64,000 nt of DNA from Desulfobacterales bacterium (GTDB lineage Bacteria; Desulfobacterota; Desulfobacteria; Desulfobacterales; UBA5852). Within the stretch, counting starts at the first letter, position 1. Each line of letters begins with the position of its first letter. This document shows positions 38,705-47,539 of the stretch, one piece after another. Under the pieces are notes generated by a model. That model was not told the DNA's origin, did no database searches, and saw only the letters and a program-made list of their open reading frames with translations. Where the stretch lies: NCBI GenBank assembly GCA_963674755.2, contig CAXXVS010000002.1, positions 2,432,001-2,496,000 on the forward strand. The letters run 5' to 3'. A program made the position numbers and the translations under genes.

Positions 38705-39237
38705 AACCCCAGCCTGTAAGTCGTCCGGCGGTCATTTTTCTGCTGGCAGCCATCCTGCTGCTCGACAGTGCGGTTGCCGCCCGGGCTCACAGCACCAAGG
38801 GGCGCATCAAGATCCCGCTGGAAAAGACGGATATCGGCGTGGATGACGTGGCCTATTTCGTCGAGTCCTATGTTCACCGGGAACTCTACAAGCATCGCTT
38901 TGTCCAGAGCAAACGGCGCTTCTATGTCAAGGAGTTTCTCCGGGTGGACCACGATGGTCCCCGGGCGGACATCCACTTCATCGTTCTGGACGTTAAGGAG
39001 AAGACCACCTTTCCCGATGTCATGACGATCCGCCGCGGATCGGACGGCATCTGGCACTATCGGACGAAGAATACGACCGCCCCTTTGGAAGTTTACACCT
39101 ACGTCATGAAATGGGGCTATTACTACCAGCGCTACGTGCTGCCGATCAGCGCCGCCGGCGTCGGGCTGGCGATTTTTTTCCTGGCCATGCTGCGCCTGCA
39201 CAAACGCAAGAAAGGAGCCTCCCGATGCGACGCCTGA
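38701..39237 (+). CDS. Exported hypothetical protein with predicted N-terminal His and C-terminal membrane anchor
   Basis: Signal peptide ARA|HSTKGR; C-terminal hydrophobic stretch plus basic tail. Confidence 0.65.
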   Translation: MKPQPVSRPAVIFLLAAILLLDSAVAARAHSTKGRIKIPLEKTDIGVDDVAYFVESYVHRELYKHRFVQSKRRFYVKEFLRVDHDGPRADIHFIVLDVKEKTTFPDVMTIRRGSDGIWHYRTKNTTAPLEVYTYVMKWGYYYQRYVLPISAAGVGLAIFFLAMLRLHKRKKGASRCDA

Positions 39238-39533
39238 CATGGATCCTCGGAGCGATTCTTTTGATGGGAACGCCGGCCCCGGCCTTGGCTCACACGGCCA
39301 TCATCGACTGCATGGAAGCCGATGGTGAGTGCCAATGCCAAGGTTTCTTTTCGGACATGTCGCCAGCCACCGGAGCCCGGGTGACCGTTATAGACGATAC
39401 CGGCCAGATAATTCGACAGGGGGAAATCGACGTACACGGCGAATTCTCCTTTCCGCTACCGAATACCCATTACCGGGTCTACATGCATGCTGGTCCGGGT
39501 CACAACGCCGAACCCTGCGACCCGACCGAATGA
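39225..39533 (+). CDS. Small exported protein with predicted N-terminal His (paralog of 43601)
   Basis: AAGGAG RBS; ALA|HTAIIDC...CQGFFSD...GEFSF...AGPGH. Confidence 0.7.
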   Translation: MRRLTWILGAILLMGTPAPALAHTAIIDCMEADGECQCQGFFSDMSPATGARVTVIDDTGQIIRQGEIDVHGEFSFPLPNTHYRVYMHAGPGHNAEPCDPTE

Positions 39534-39569
39534 GACATGCTCTCAATTACTTGATGGAAAGCACCCCGA

Positions 39570-39950
39570 ATGGTTGAAATCATCCGACGACTGATCGTGG
39601 CGGGCCTGGCCATCGGGGTCATTGCCGGCAACGCCGACGAGATCACCCGCTTCTACGACGAAACCGTGGCCCACGCCCGGCATCTGGCCACGGCGGCCGA
39701 TCTGCGCAGCATCAGCAACATGCTGGACTATGCCTTCATGAAGCGGGGACGCTACCCGCGTCCCGTGCAATTCGCTGATTGGCTGGCGCGAACCTTCAAG
39801 GAAAACCCCATGCAGGACCTGGGCCGCGATCATTGGGGACAATGGCTGGTCTATGAGACCGATGCGGCCCAACGCCGATTTACCCTGACCAGCATGGGTC
39901 CGGACGGAATGGCCGGCACCGCCGACGACCTGCGCGTCAGCGGCCCCTGA
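39570..39950 (+). CDS. GspG-like C-terminal domain protein lacking a canonical prepilin cleavage site
   Basis: GRYP, DHWGQ..VY, SMGPDGMAGTADD. Confidence 0.7.
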   Translation: MVEIIRRLIVAGLAIGVIAGNADEITRFYDETVAHARHLATAADLRSISNMLDYAFMKRGRYPRPVQFADWLARTFKENPMQDLGRDHWGQWLVYETDAAQRRFTLTSMGPDGMAGTADDLRVSGP

Positions 39951-39964
39951 AAGGAGAAAACACC

Positions 39965-40471
39965 ATGACATCGACAACGATTCGCGCCCTGGATAAGACG
40001 ACCCATACCCGACGCAAGCGCTTCCAGCGCCGCAACTACTTCATCAACAAACCTTTTCAGCTGGCCTTCGCCGGCAACATGCTTCTGATCGCCGCCTTGG
40101 GAATGCTGGTCACGGCCCTGACGGTGAGCTGGATTTTCATCTATATCTTGGACGACCAATTGTGCACCGTCTTACTGCACCCGGGTTATCTTCTTAAATT
40201 GGGCATCATACTGGTTTGCCTGGCGGCGGGAATCCTGACCTGGACGGTGCTGCGAACCCATGCCATTGCGGGTCCCGTCTATAAGACCCGCCAGGTGCTC
40301 CGAGCCGCGGCCGAAGGGCGCTTCCCGGACCGGCCGGTGACTTTCCGTAAAAGCGATGCCTTCAAGGATCTGGCCGGCGATCTCAACCGCTGCCTGGATG
40401 CCATGCGCGCCGACCGGAAACGGCTGCGGGGTCTGGAAACATTGTCGCAAAACGACCCCGAAATGCCTTAA
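39965..40471 (+). CDS. Two-TM HAMP-like membrane protein
   Basis: RRNYFINKPFQ, two TMs, THAIAGPVY, FRKSDAFKDLA. Confidence 0.65.
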   Translation: MTSTTIRALDKTTHTRRKRFQRRNYFINKPFQLAFAGNMLLIAALGMLVTALTVSWIFIYILDDQLCTVLLHPGYLLKLGIILVCLAAGILTWTVLRTHAIAGPVYKTRQVLRAAAEGRFPDRPVTFRKSDAFKDLAGDLNRCLDAMRADRKRLRGLETLSQNDPEMP

Positions 40472-40654
40472 AGCGTTCCTAAACATCCGACGCGAGGTCT
40501 CCGGGACAGATCGGCCGGTCTCGGTGGGATCCTGGCAGACCCCATGAAAGATTTTTTGCCAGGGCCGAATTTCAGAACACCCTGAAGACGCAGCCACTTT
40601 GTTGTCGCCTGTCTGGGAAACCTCGACCAAAAATCCTATTCCCCCAAAAACCCC

Positions 40655-40732
40655 TTGACAACACGACACCCCTATTGTTATTAGCAATTCCTCAAGTCGT
40701 TAGGGTTATCTAATTTCTATCGACTTGCCTTA
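40655..40732 (+). promoter_or_regulatory. feoAB promoter with three DtxR-type boxes at 19-bp period
   Basis: TTGACA 40655-40660, TATTAG 40679-40684; boxes TTAGCAATTCCTCA 40681, TTAGGGTTATCTAA 40700, ATCGACTTGCCTTA 40719. Confidence 0.75.
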
Positions 40733-40860
40733 CGGTCTTCGGCCGGTCGCAGGCGCGAAGAAAGTGAAGGCGCAACACGCGGTTCGGCATCCATGTGACG
40801 CATCCCCGGGGATGATGTCACTGATGGATGACTGCCAACCAAGCGGTTGCGCCTTTTTTT
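40719..40860 (+). ncRNA. Structured leader/attenuator motif, copy B
   Basis: Hairpin TCTTCG..CGAAGA, then AAAGTGAAGGCGCAAC, long inner stem, GTTGCGCCTTTTTTT. Confidence 0.6.
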
Positions 40861-40892
40861 ATGGTCACATGCCATTGGGGAAGGAGCCGAAC

Positions 40893-41123
40893 ATGACCTT
40901 GGACGAATTGAAGCCCGGCAGCGAGTGCCGGATCAAACGCTTGTCGGTGCGGGACAAATTGGGCCAGCGACTGATGGATATGGGGGTTTACCCCGGCCTG
41001 CGGCTGAAGGTGGTGCGCAATGCCCCCCTCAAAGATCCCATGGAGGTCGAACTGGACGGCTATTTCGTGAGCCTGCGCCATGATGAGGCCCGCTTCGTGG
41101 AGGTCGAACACTGTGAGCGCTGA
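40893..41123 (+). CDS. feoA: Ferrous iron transport protein A
   Basis: MTLDELKPG, QRLMDMG, VRNAPLKDPM, SLRHDEA. Confidence 0.95.
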   Translation: MTLDELKPGSECRIKRLSVRDKLGQRLMDMGVYPGLRLKVVRNAPLKDPMEVELDGYFVSLRHDEARFVEVEHCER

Positions 41124-43581
41124 CAAGGTTCTTGTAGCCCTGGCCGGCCAGCCCAACTGCGGCAAATCGACGGTATTCAACGCCCTCACCGGCGCCCGCC
41201 AGCATGTGGCCAACTATCCCGGCGTCACCGTCGACAAGATGACCGGCTGGTACAAACACAACGGTCTGCGGGTTGAAGTGGTGGATCTGCCCGGCACCTA
41301 CAGCCTGACCTCTTATTCCCCCGAGGAGCGGGTCTCCCGGGACTTTATTCTCCACGATCAGCCCTCCGTGACGGTGAACGTGATGGACGCCGCCAATCTC
41401 AAGCGTTGCCTCTATCTGACCTTTCAACTGCTGGAGATGGAGACCCCGCTGGTCCTCAATCTCAACATGATGGATACCGCCGCCAAGCGCGGCATGGCCA
41501 TTAATGTTCAAAAGCTTTCCGAGCGCCTGGGTATCCCGGTCGTGCCCACAACCATGAAAAACGGGCAGGGCAAAAGGGACCTTTTGGAAACCATTGCGAC
41601 CCTGGCCGGCGGCGGGCGGACCAAGCCGGCAGCACGCATCGATTACGGAGAGCTGGAGCCCTGCCTGCGGGAAGTGGAAACGCGGCTGGCCGATACCGGC
41701 GCGCTTTTGGAAACCCAGGCCCGGCGCTGGACGGCCATCAAACTCATGGAGGGCGATAGCGAGATTCAGCGGCTACTCCGGCAGAACAATCCTGAAGCCG
41801 AAACCTTGCTGGCCGCCGTTGAAACCCTGCGGGAGGATTTCGAAAAACGCCACGGGGTGGCCTCCGAGGTCGCCATTGCCGACCGCCGCTATCGCATGGC
41901 GGACGATATCGCACGTTCCGCCCTGACAATGGCCGGCGGTGCCAAACGCCCCCTTTCGGATAAAATCGACGCCCTGGTCTGCCATCGCTTTCTGGGACCG
42001 GCCATCATGGTGGGGATCATCTGGCTGCTCTACTACCTGTCCATTGTTCAGGGCTACAACATCACCAACTATACCTGGCCGCTGCTGGCCAAACTACGCA
42101 GTCTGACCGAAGCAGTGATGCCGGCCCCGGGATTCATCGAAATTCCGCTGATCCGCGCCCTATCCCTCTGGATGGTGGACAGCGTCAATGCGCTGCTGAA
42201 TTACATTCCTATTTTCTTTATTCTTTTCGGTCTGATCGCCATTTTGGAGGACAGCGGGTATATGCCGCGCATGGCCTTCATCATGGACAAGCTGTTCAGC
42301 CGTTTCGGCCTGCACGGCCAGTCCACCCTGCCCATGGTGCTAGGAGGCATCTACGTCGGCGGCTGCGCCGTGCCGGGGGTCATGTCCTGCAAAGGCATTC
42401 CGGACGAACGCTCGCGTCTGGCCACCATCCTGATCATCCCCATGCTCAACTGCCTGGCCAAGGTGCCGCTCTACGTGCTGCTGATCAATATCTACTTTGC
42501 GGCCCACAAGGCCTGGGCCATGTTTTTCATTTCCACCATCAGCCTGCTGCTGGTGCTGCCGGTATCCAAAATACTGACCCTGACCGTTCTCAAGGACAAA
42601 GAGACGGCCCCCTTTGTCATGGAGATGCCGCCCTATCACCTGCCCACCCTGCGGGGCGTACTGGGCCGGGCCCTGGAGCGGGTCTGGCTGTTCATGCGCA
42701 AGATCACCACCATTGTTGTCGCGGTGGCGGTGGTGGTTTTCGTGCTGCTCCAGTTCCCGGGAATCGACGAGAAGCGCATGACGCACTACAAGACCCGCCA
42801 GGAAAAGGCGGCGGCCGCGTTTTTTAAAAAAATAGGAAAGACGTCCTATGTCGATAAACTCCGGGGCGACAACCTGATGGCATTGATCATCTACGGGGAC
42901 GACTACAAGGCCGCCCGCATGGGGGCCAAAAGCGAGGCCGCCCTGGCCGAACTGAACGCCGCCTTTGAAGCGCGCAATCCGGATTATTTTGCGGTCGTGC
43001 GGCGCGACGGCAAGGACGGCAAAACCGTGAACCGGGCGCTTAAAAATCTCGTGCGAACCCGCAAAGGGCTGCTGCTCGATATGCGCAAGGAACGCATCGA
43101 CAAAAGCTTTCTGGGCACCATGGGGCGCTGGCTGGAGCCGGTGACCCGCTGGGCCGGCTTCAACTGGCGGGTGAATGTGGCCCTGCTGAGCGCCCTGGCC
43201 GCCAAGGAAAGCAGCGTGGCCACCCTGGGCGCCCTGTATGAGCCGCAAGAAGAGGGCGAAGCCCTGGAAGAACGCATGGCCCGGGGCGAGGAAGGCTTCA
43301 CCCCCCTGCACGCCCTGGCCCTGATGCTTTTCATGGTGCTCTACCCGCCCTGCCTGGCCACCGCCATTGCGGTCAAATTGCAGGCGGGCTCGGTCAAATG
43401 GATGCTGTTTTCCATCGCTTATCCCATGGCGCTGGGGCTGGCTGTGGCGACCCTCGTCTTTTCCCTGGGCCGGGCCCTGGATTTTAGCGGACTTCAGGCC
43501 ATGTTCGCCTTTTACGGCCTGGCCCTGGCGTTTACCCTATTCATGGGCCTTATCAAAAACCAACCGGAATACGCATCATAA
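41113..43581 (+). CDS. feoB: Ferrous iron transport protein B
   Basis: GQPNCGKST, VANYPGVTV, DLPGTYSL, NMMD, LEDSGYMPR, FVMEMPPYH, AKES, LYPPC; GTG start assumed. Confidence 0.95.
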   Translation: MSADKVLVALAGQPNCGKSTVFNALTGARQHVANYPGVTVDKMTGWYKHNGLRVEVVDLPGTYSLTSYSPEERVSRDFILHDQPSVTVNVMDAANLKRCLYLTFQLLEMETPLVLNLNMMDTAAKRGMAINVQKLSERLGIPVVPTTMKNGQGKRDLLETIATLAGGGRTKPAARIDYGELEPCLREVETRLADTGALLETQARRWTAIKLMEGDSEIQRLLRQNNPEAETLLAAVETLREDFEKRHGVASEVAIADRRYRMADDIARSALTMAGGAKRPLSDKIDALVCHRFLGPAIMVGIIWLLYYLSIVQGYNITNYTWPLLAKLRSLTEAVMPAPGFIEIPLIRALSLWMVDSVNALLNYIPIFFILFGLIAILEDSGYMPRMAFIMDKLFSRFGLHGQSTLPMVLGGIYVGGCAVPGVMSCKGIPDERSRLATILIIPMLNCLAKVPLYVLLINIYFAAHKAWAMFFISTISLLLVLPVSKILTLTVLKDKETAPFVMEMPPYHLPTLRGVLGRALERVWLFMRKITTIVVAVAVVVFVLLQFPGIDEKRMTHYKTRQEKAAAAFFKKIGKTSYVDKLRGDNLMALIIYGDDYKAARMGAKSEAALAELNAAFEARNPDYFAVVRRDGKDGKTVNRALKNLVRTRKGLLLDMRKERIDKSFLGTMGRWLEPVTRWAGFNWRVNVALLSALAAKESSVATLGALYEPQEEGEALEERMARGEEGFTPLHALALMLFMVLYPPCLATAIAVKLQAGSVKWMLFSIAYPMALGLAVATLVFSLGRALDFSGLQAMFAFYGLALAFTLFMGLIKNQPEYAS

Positions 43582-43600
43582 CAGAAGGGAGGATTGCACC

Positions 43601-43927
43601 ATGCACAAACGCACCATCATTTTCCTATACGCCCTGGCCATCGGGCTGATTCTGGGGAGCGGCGCCGCCTGGGCCCACACCCCGCTGTGTTCCTGCTACG
43701 ACAACGGCGACGGGACCGTTACCTGCGAAGGCGGCTTTTCGGACGGCTCTTCGGCCTCCGGGGTGCAGATGCGCGTGGAGGACGGCAGCGGCGCCAAGCT
43801 GATCGGGGGCAAGATGGACGAATTCAGCGAATTCACTTTTGAAAAGCCTTCCGGGGACTACCGGGTCGTCTTCGACGCCGGTGAGGGGCACCGCATCGAA
43901 ATCGACGGGAAGGAAATCCTCGAGTAA
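43601..43927 (+). CDS. Small exported protein with predicted N-terminal His
   Basis: GGAGG RBS; AWA|HTPLCSCYDNGDGTVTCEGGFSDGS...FDAGEGH. Confidence 0.8.
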   Translation: MHKRTIIFLYALAIGLILGSGAAWAHTPLCSCYDNGDGTVTCEGGFSDGSSASGVQMRVEDGSGAKLIGGKMDEFSEFTFEKPSGDYRVVFDAGEGHRIEIDGKEILE

Positions 43928-44040
43928 AGCGGTACCTCCGGCGCACGGATCATATCCCGATCCCGAACCGAGGCGATCAGGAATGGTTGTTCACATCACC
44001 GAAAACGAGAAGACAATTCATGACGAAAGGAGTTTGTTCG

Positions 44041-44841
44041 ATGCGAAAGACAATTGCGGTAATGGCCGGTTTGCTGACCCTGGCCGTGGCGGTTCCGGCC
44101 ATGGCCCATTTCCAGATGATCTACACGCCCGAGTCGGCCCTGGATAAGGCCGGGGAAATCGACCTCAAGATGGTCTTCACCCATCCCTTCGAGGCCGGAC
44201 ACACCATGGACATGGGCCAGCCCGAGCAGTTTTTCGTGGTCCGCAAGGAGAAAAAAAGCGATCTGCTCGGCACCCTGAAGCCCATCACCTGGACCAGCCT
44301 CACCAACAGCGGGGCGGCCTACGAAACCAGCTACAAGCTGCGCGGCATGGGGGATAATGTTTTCTGCCTGGTGCCGGCCCCCTACTACGAGGCCGAAGAA
44401 GAAGTCTACATCCAGCAGATCACCAAGATGGTGGTCAACACCGCCGGTTTCCCCACCGACTGGGACGCCGAGGTCGGCCTGTCGGCGGAAATCGTTCCTC
44501 TGGACAAACCCTACGCTCTATGGACGGGAAATGTCTTCCGGGGGATCGTCAAGGGTGGCGGGAAACCGGTCCCTTATGCCGAGATCGAGGTGGAATACCT
44601 GAACCACGCCCCTATGATGGACAAGAATGCTTTCGCCGCCAAGGCCGCTGTAGAAGCGCCCCAGGACGCTTTTGTCACCATGACCATCAAGGCCGATGCA
44701 GACGGCGAATTTTCCTTCGGAATTCCCAAGGCCGGCTGGTGGGGCTTTTGCGCCCTGGGGGCCGGGCCGGTCAAGGAGCACCAGGGCAAGGAGCTTTCCC
44801 AGGACGCCGTTATCTGGGTCCAGGCCCGGGATATGAAGTAG
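44041..44841 (+). CDS. DUF4198-family periplasmic metal-uptake protein
   Basis: AMA|HFQMIY, THPF.AGH, EIVPL.KPY, GKPVPYAEIEVEY, GWWGF. Confidence 0.82.
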   Translation: MRKTIAVMAGLLTLAVAVPAMAHFQMIYTPESALDKAGEIDLKMVFTHPFEAGHTMDMGQPEQFFVVRKEKKSDLLGTLKPITWTSLTNSGAAYETSYKLRGMGDNVFCLVPAPYYEAEEEVYIQQITKMVVNTAGFPTDWDAEVGLSAEIVPLDKPYALWTGNVFRGIVKGGGKPVPYAEIEVEYLNHAPMMDKNAFAAKAAVEAPQDAFVTMTIKADADGEFSFGIPKAGWWGFCALGAGPVKEHQGKELSQDAVIWVQARDMK

Positions 44842-45049
44842 TGTCCATCCCAGAGATGGCATCTTTCGGCCCCGACCGGCGTTCTGGTTCTCTGGAAATC
44901 CTCGCCGTAGCCCAGCTACGCCTCCGGTTTCCACCCACAGCGGGGTTGGATCAGACGGGAAGTCCCGACTAGCGGGATAATATCCAGCAGTGCTGGACAA
45001 TTCCCTGCGGCCTTGGCCGAAACCAAAATCTACCATCTCTGGGCGGACA
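44842..45049. mobile_element. MITE-like element, family 2
   Basis: Imperfect terminal IRs TGTCCATCCCAGAGATGG (44842-44859) / CCATCTCTGGGCGGACA (45033-45049); inner TTCGGCC/GGCCGAA pair; internal CGTAGC..GCTACG hairpin; starts right after a TAG stop. Confidence 0.6.
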
Positions 45050-45169
45050 TAAACTAGTAACGCCTTTGCCGCGGACCTCCTCGCCCGCGGCAAGTGATCA
45101 CCGGGCGGCCGCCGAACACCCCGCCGGCCGCCCGGTGGTCTTCCTTTAACGATAACCACAGGACGGTGT

Positions 45170-45787
45170 ATGGCGCACATTCTTATCCTTTTGGCCGGCA
45201 GTAGCTTTCTGGCGGTACTGCTTTTCAAAGGGTGGTGCCTGCGCCTTGCCGGTTACGACGTCAAAGGCCGGCCGCCTGTCTCCCGGCCGGTTTTTCTAGC
45301 CGGCAAAACCGCCATGGGTCTATTGTGGGGGCTGACTTTGTGGCGCGCTGCGGCGGCCGTGAGAATGCCCGGAGAGCCCGTGACATGGCTCCAGTATAGC
45401 GGAACCATTCTGTTTGTCGCCGGCAGCAGTGTGGCTTTAATATCTTTTGCCGCCCTCGGCCGCGAGCTGCGCTTCGGGCTTCCGAACGGTAACTGCCGTT
45501 TGAAAGCCAGCGGTATCTATAGCTGGTCACGTCACCCTATGTATACGGGCTTTTTCCTGATGGCCGGCGGGGCTGCCCTCTATGTCGGCACCCCTCTGGC
45601 GGTCGTTTGCCTGTTGGTGGCGGTGGGCATCCACCATCGTGTGGCGCTGGCCGAAGAGCGCTTTATGGCCCGGCACTTTGGCGTCGCCTGGCAAGCCTAT
45701 ACCGAAAACGTGCCGCGTTACGGCGGCCTGATCTACACGCTTCTCAAACGATCGGAGCAGGGTCACGACCAACGTCATTGGAGTTGA
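45170..45787 (+). CDS. Isoprenylcysteine carboxylmethyltransferase (ICMT/PEMT) family membrane protein
   Basis: LKASGIYSWSRHPMYTG, AEERFM..HFG..W.AY...VPRY. Confidence 0.82.
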   Translation: MAHILILLAGSSFLAVLLFKGWCLRLAGYDVKGRPPVSRPVFLAGKTAMGLLWGLTLWRAAAAVRMPGEPVTWLQYSGTILFVAGSSVALISFAALGRELRFGLPNGNCRLKASGIYSWSRHPMYTGFFLMAGGAALYVGTPLAVVCLLVAVGIHHRVALAEERFMARHFGVAWQAYTENVPRYGGLIYTLLKRSEQGHDQRHWS

Positions 45788-45816
45788 GCACCCGGCCCAT
45801 CGTTAAGGATAATGTC

Positions 45817-45993
45817 ATGGAATTGTTACTTGTCCTGCTCGTTTTCGGCGCTGCCTTTTGGTACCTATTCCGGCGCTTTCGCCGTTCCATCAGTTCCGAC
45901 AATCCGTCCTGCGCGTGCGGCGGCTGCGATGGCTGTCCGGCGCAGGGCAATCTTCACAAAGACAGGGACCGGCCGGATGCAGACCAGCGTTAA
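45817..45993 (+). CDS. FeoB-associated Cys-rich membrane protein
   Basis: Single TM followed by SCACGGCDGCP. Confidence 0.75.
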   Translation: MELLLVLLVFGAAFWYLFRRFRRSISSDNPSCACGGCDGCPAQGNLHKDRDRPDADQR

Positions 45994-46222
45994 CGCCCTT
46001 ATCGTTCAGCATACCATTGCCGGACGCATCCGCTTGCGGATTCCTTTGATTCGCCAAAGCGCTGAAATCCGCGAGCGGTGCATTTTTATGGAAACCCTGG
46101 CGCTGATGGATGGTGTGCCCGACCGGCTGATCAATCAGCTCATTATGACCGGTTTTGCCGCTTCCCTCGCAACCTGCACACGCACGTTCTATAGTCAACC
46201 GCAAAGGAGACCGCTTCCATGA
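45977..46222 (+). pseudogene. Degenerate HMA2-like domain fragment
   Basis: VQHTIAGRIRLRIP and L..MDGV resemble the start of HMA2; no downstream ATPase. Confidence 0.4.
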
Positions 46223-47247
46223 CATCCCTTCCGGTTTTGCAAACGAGTTATCAAGTCCTGCACGATATGACGGCCGGCCCGATTCGATCCCGCCTGCTGA
46301 TGGCCGGCATCGAGCTGGGTGTCTTTGATGAACTGGAGACCTTCCGCGCCGCTACTGCGGTGGCCGCCGCCATCGGGACACATAACGGCAATACCGAACG
46401 GCTTCTGAACGCTCTGGTGACGGTCGGTCTGCTGGAGAAAAGGGCGGGCCGCTTTCGCAACAGTCCGGTGGCGCAGGCCTACCTGATGCGATCCTCGGCG
46501 ACCTTTTTAGGTCCTTTCCTGGACCTGGTGGACACCATGTGCGTGACCTCCCTCGATGATCTCTGCGAACGGGTGAAGCACGGCCCGGCGACACCTTCCC
46601 CGGAAACCGATTTCAGCGCCGAGGCCCTCTGGGCGGAGGTCACCCGGGCGAGTGCCGGCTGGGTGAAAGGTTTTGTGGGCCCGCAGGTGGCGGCCATCGT
46701 CGCCGGTCTGCCCGAGTTCCCGGCGTTCCGGCGCATGCTGGATTTGGGCGGCGGCCACGGCCTGTTCGCCCTCTATTTCGTCGAGGCCCATCCGAACATG
46801 ACGGCCGTGGTGTTCGACCGCCCTGCCGTCTTGGCGGTGGCGGAGAATTTTGCCGGGGAATATGCCCTGCAAGACCGCGTGTCGATGATGGCGGGCGATT
46901 ACCTGACCGACGCCATCGGCAGCGGGTACGATTTCATCTGGGCCTGCTCCACCCTGAATTTCGCCCGCCACGATCTGGATCCCCTGACCACGAAAATCCA
47001 CGAGGCGCTGAATCCCGGCGGCGTTTTCATCAGTTTTCAGGACGGCCTGACTCACGAGCGGACTTGGCCCGCCGTTATGCTGGGGCACCTGGGCGATATG
47101 CTCCGCACGGGGCGGGACCTGGCCTTCGACCAGGGAGAAATCGGCGCGGCGGCCCTGCGCTGCGGATTCCGTTCGGTGCACTCCCGCACCATCGAACTGC
47201 CCATGGGAGCCATGGACATGGATGTCGCCCGCAAAAATTCGTTTTGA
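46219..47247 (+). CDS. SAM-dependent O-methyltransferase with dimerisation domain
   Basis: AGIELGVFDEL, RLLNALV.VGLL, MLDLGGGHG, VFDRP, AGDY, ALNPGG. Confidence 0.88.
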   Translation: MTSLPVLQTSYQVLHDMTAGPIRSRLLMAGIELGVFDELETFRAATAVAAAIGTHNGNTERLLNALVTVGLLEKRAGRFRNSPVAQAYLMRSSATFLGPFLDLVDTMCVTSLDDLCERVKHGPATPSPETDFSAEALWAEVTRASAGWVKGFVGPQVAAIVAGLPEFPAFRRMLDLGGGHGLFALYFVEAHPNMTAVVFDRPAVLAVAENFAGEYALQDRVSMMAGDYLTDAIGSGYDFIWACSTLNFARHDLDPLTTKIHEALNPGGVFISFQDGLTHERTWPAVMLGHLGDMLRTGRDLAFDQGEIGAAALRCGFRSVHSRTIELPMGAMDMDVARKNSF

Positions 47248-47258
47248 TGAAATACTGC

Positions 47259-47334
47259 TTGACAGGCAAGGAATTCCCATTGTACGGTATTTCTAAATGA
47301 ATTAGGTAATTCTATTTTATTTCGACATACCTTA
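47259..47334 (+). promoter_or_regulatory. Promoter with three DtxR-type boxes at 19-bp period
   Basis: TTGACA 47259-47264; boxes TACGGTATTTCTAA 47283, TTAGGTAATTCTAT 47302, TTCGACATACCTTA 47321. Confidence 0.7.
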
Positions 47335-47415
47335 CGTCCGGCGACCGTCTGGTGGTGCGCAGGGAAGTGAAGGCGCAAGCGATTTCGCAACTCGCGAAAT
47401 CCCTGCGCCTTTTTT
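47321..47415 (+). ncRNA. Structured leader/attenuator motif, copy C
   Basis: Hairpin TCCGGCGACC..GGTGCGCAGGGA, AAGTGAAGGCGCAAG, inner GATTTCGC/GCGAAATC, CTGCGCCTTTTTT. Confidence 0.6.
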
Positions 47416-47539
47416 AGTGCCGAAGACAGGACGGCATAACGCGACATTCCTTGCCTGATAGGCCTGACGGACGCATGCAGGCCATCAGACAGTCCCGAGC
47501 GCACTTGTTTTCAACCGAACCATTCGAAAGGAAATCGCT

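Noticed and set aside
40719..40860. NiCo (czcD) or yybP-ykoY riboswitch identity for the leader motif
   Set aside because: The conserved junction sequences of those families are not recognisable by eye; a covariance-model search is needed to exclude them formally
40893..46222. Magnetosome island or ferrosome (fez) operon
   Set aside because: FeoAB and an HMA2-like fragment are present, but no mam/mad genes or P1B-type ATPase are recognisable
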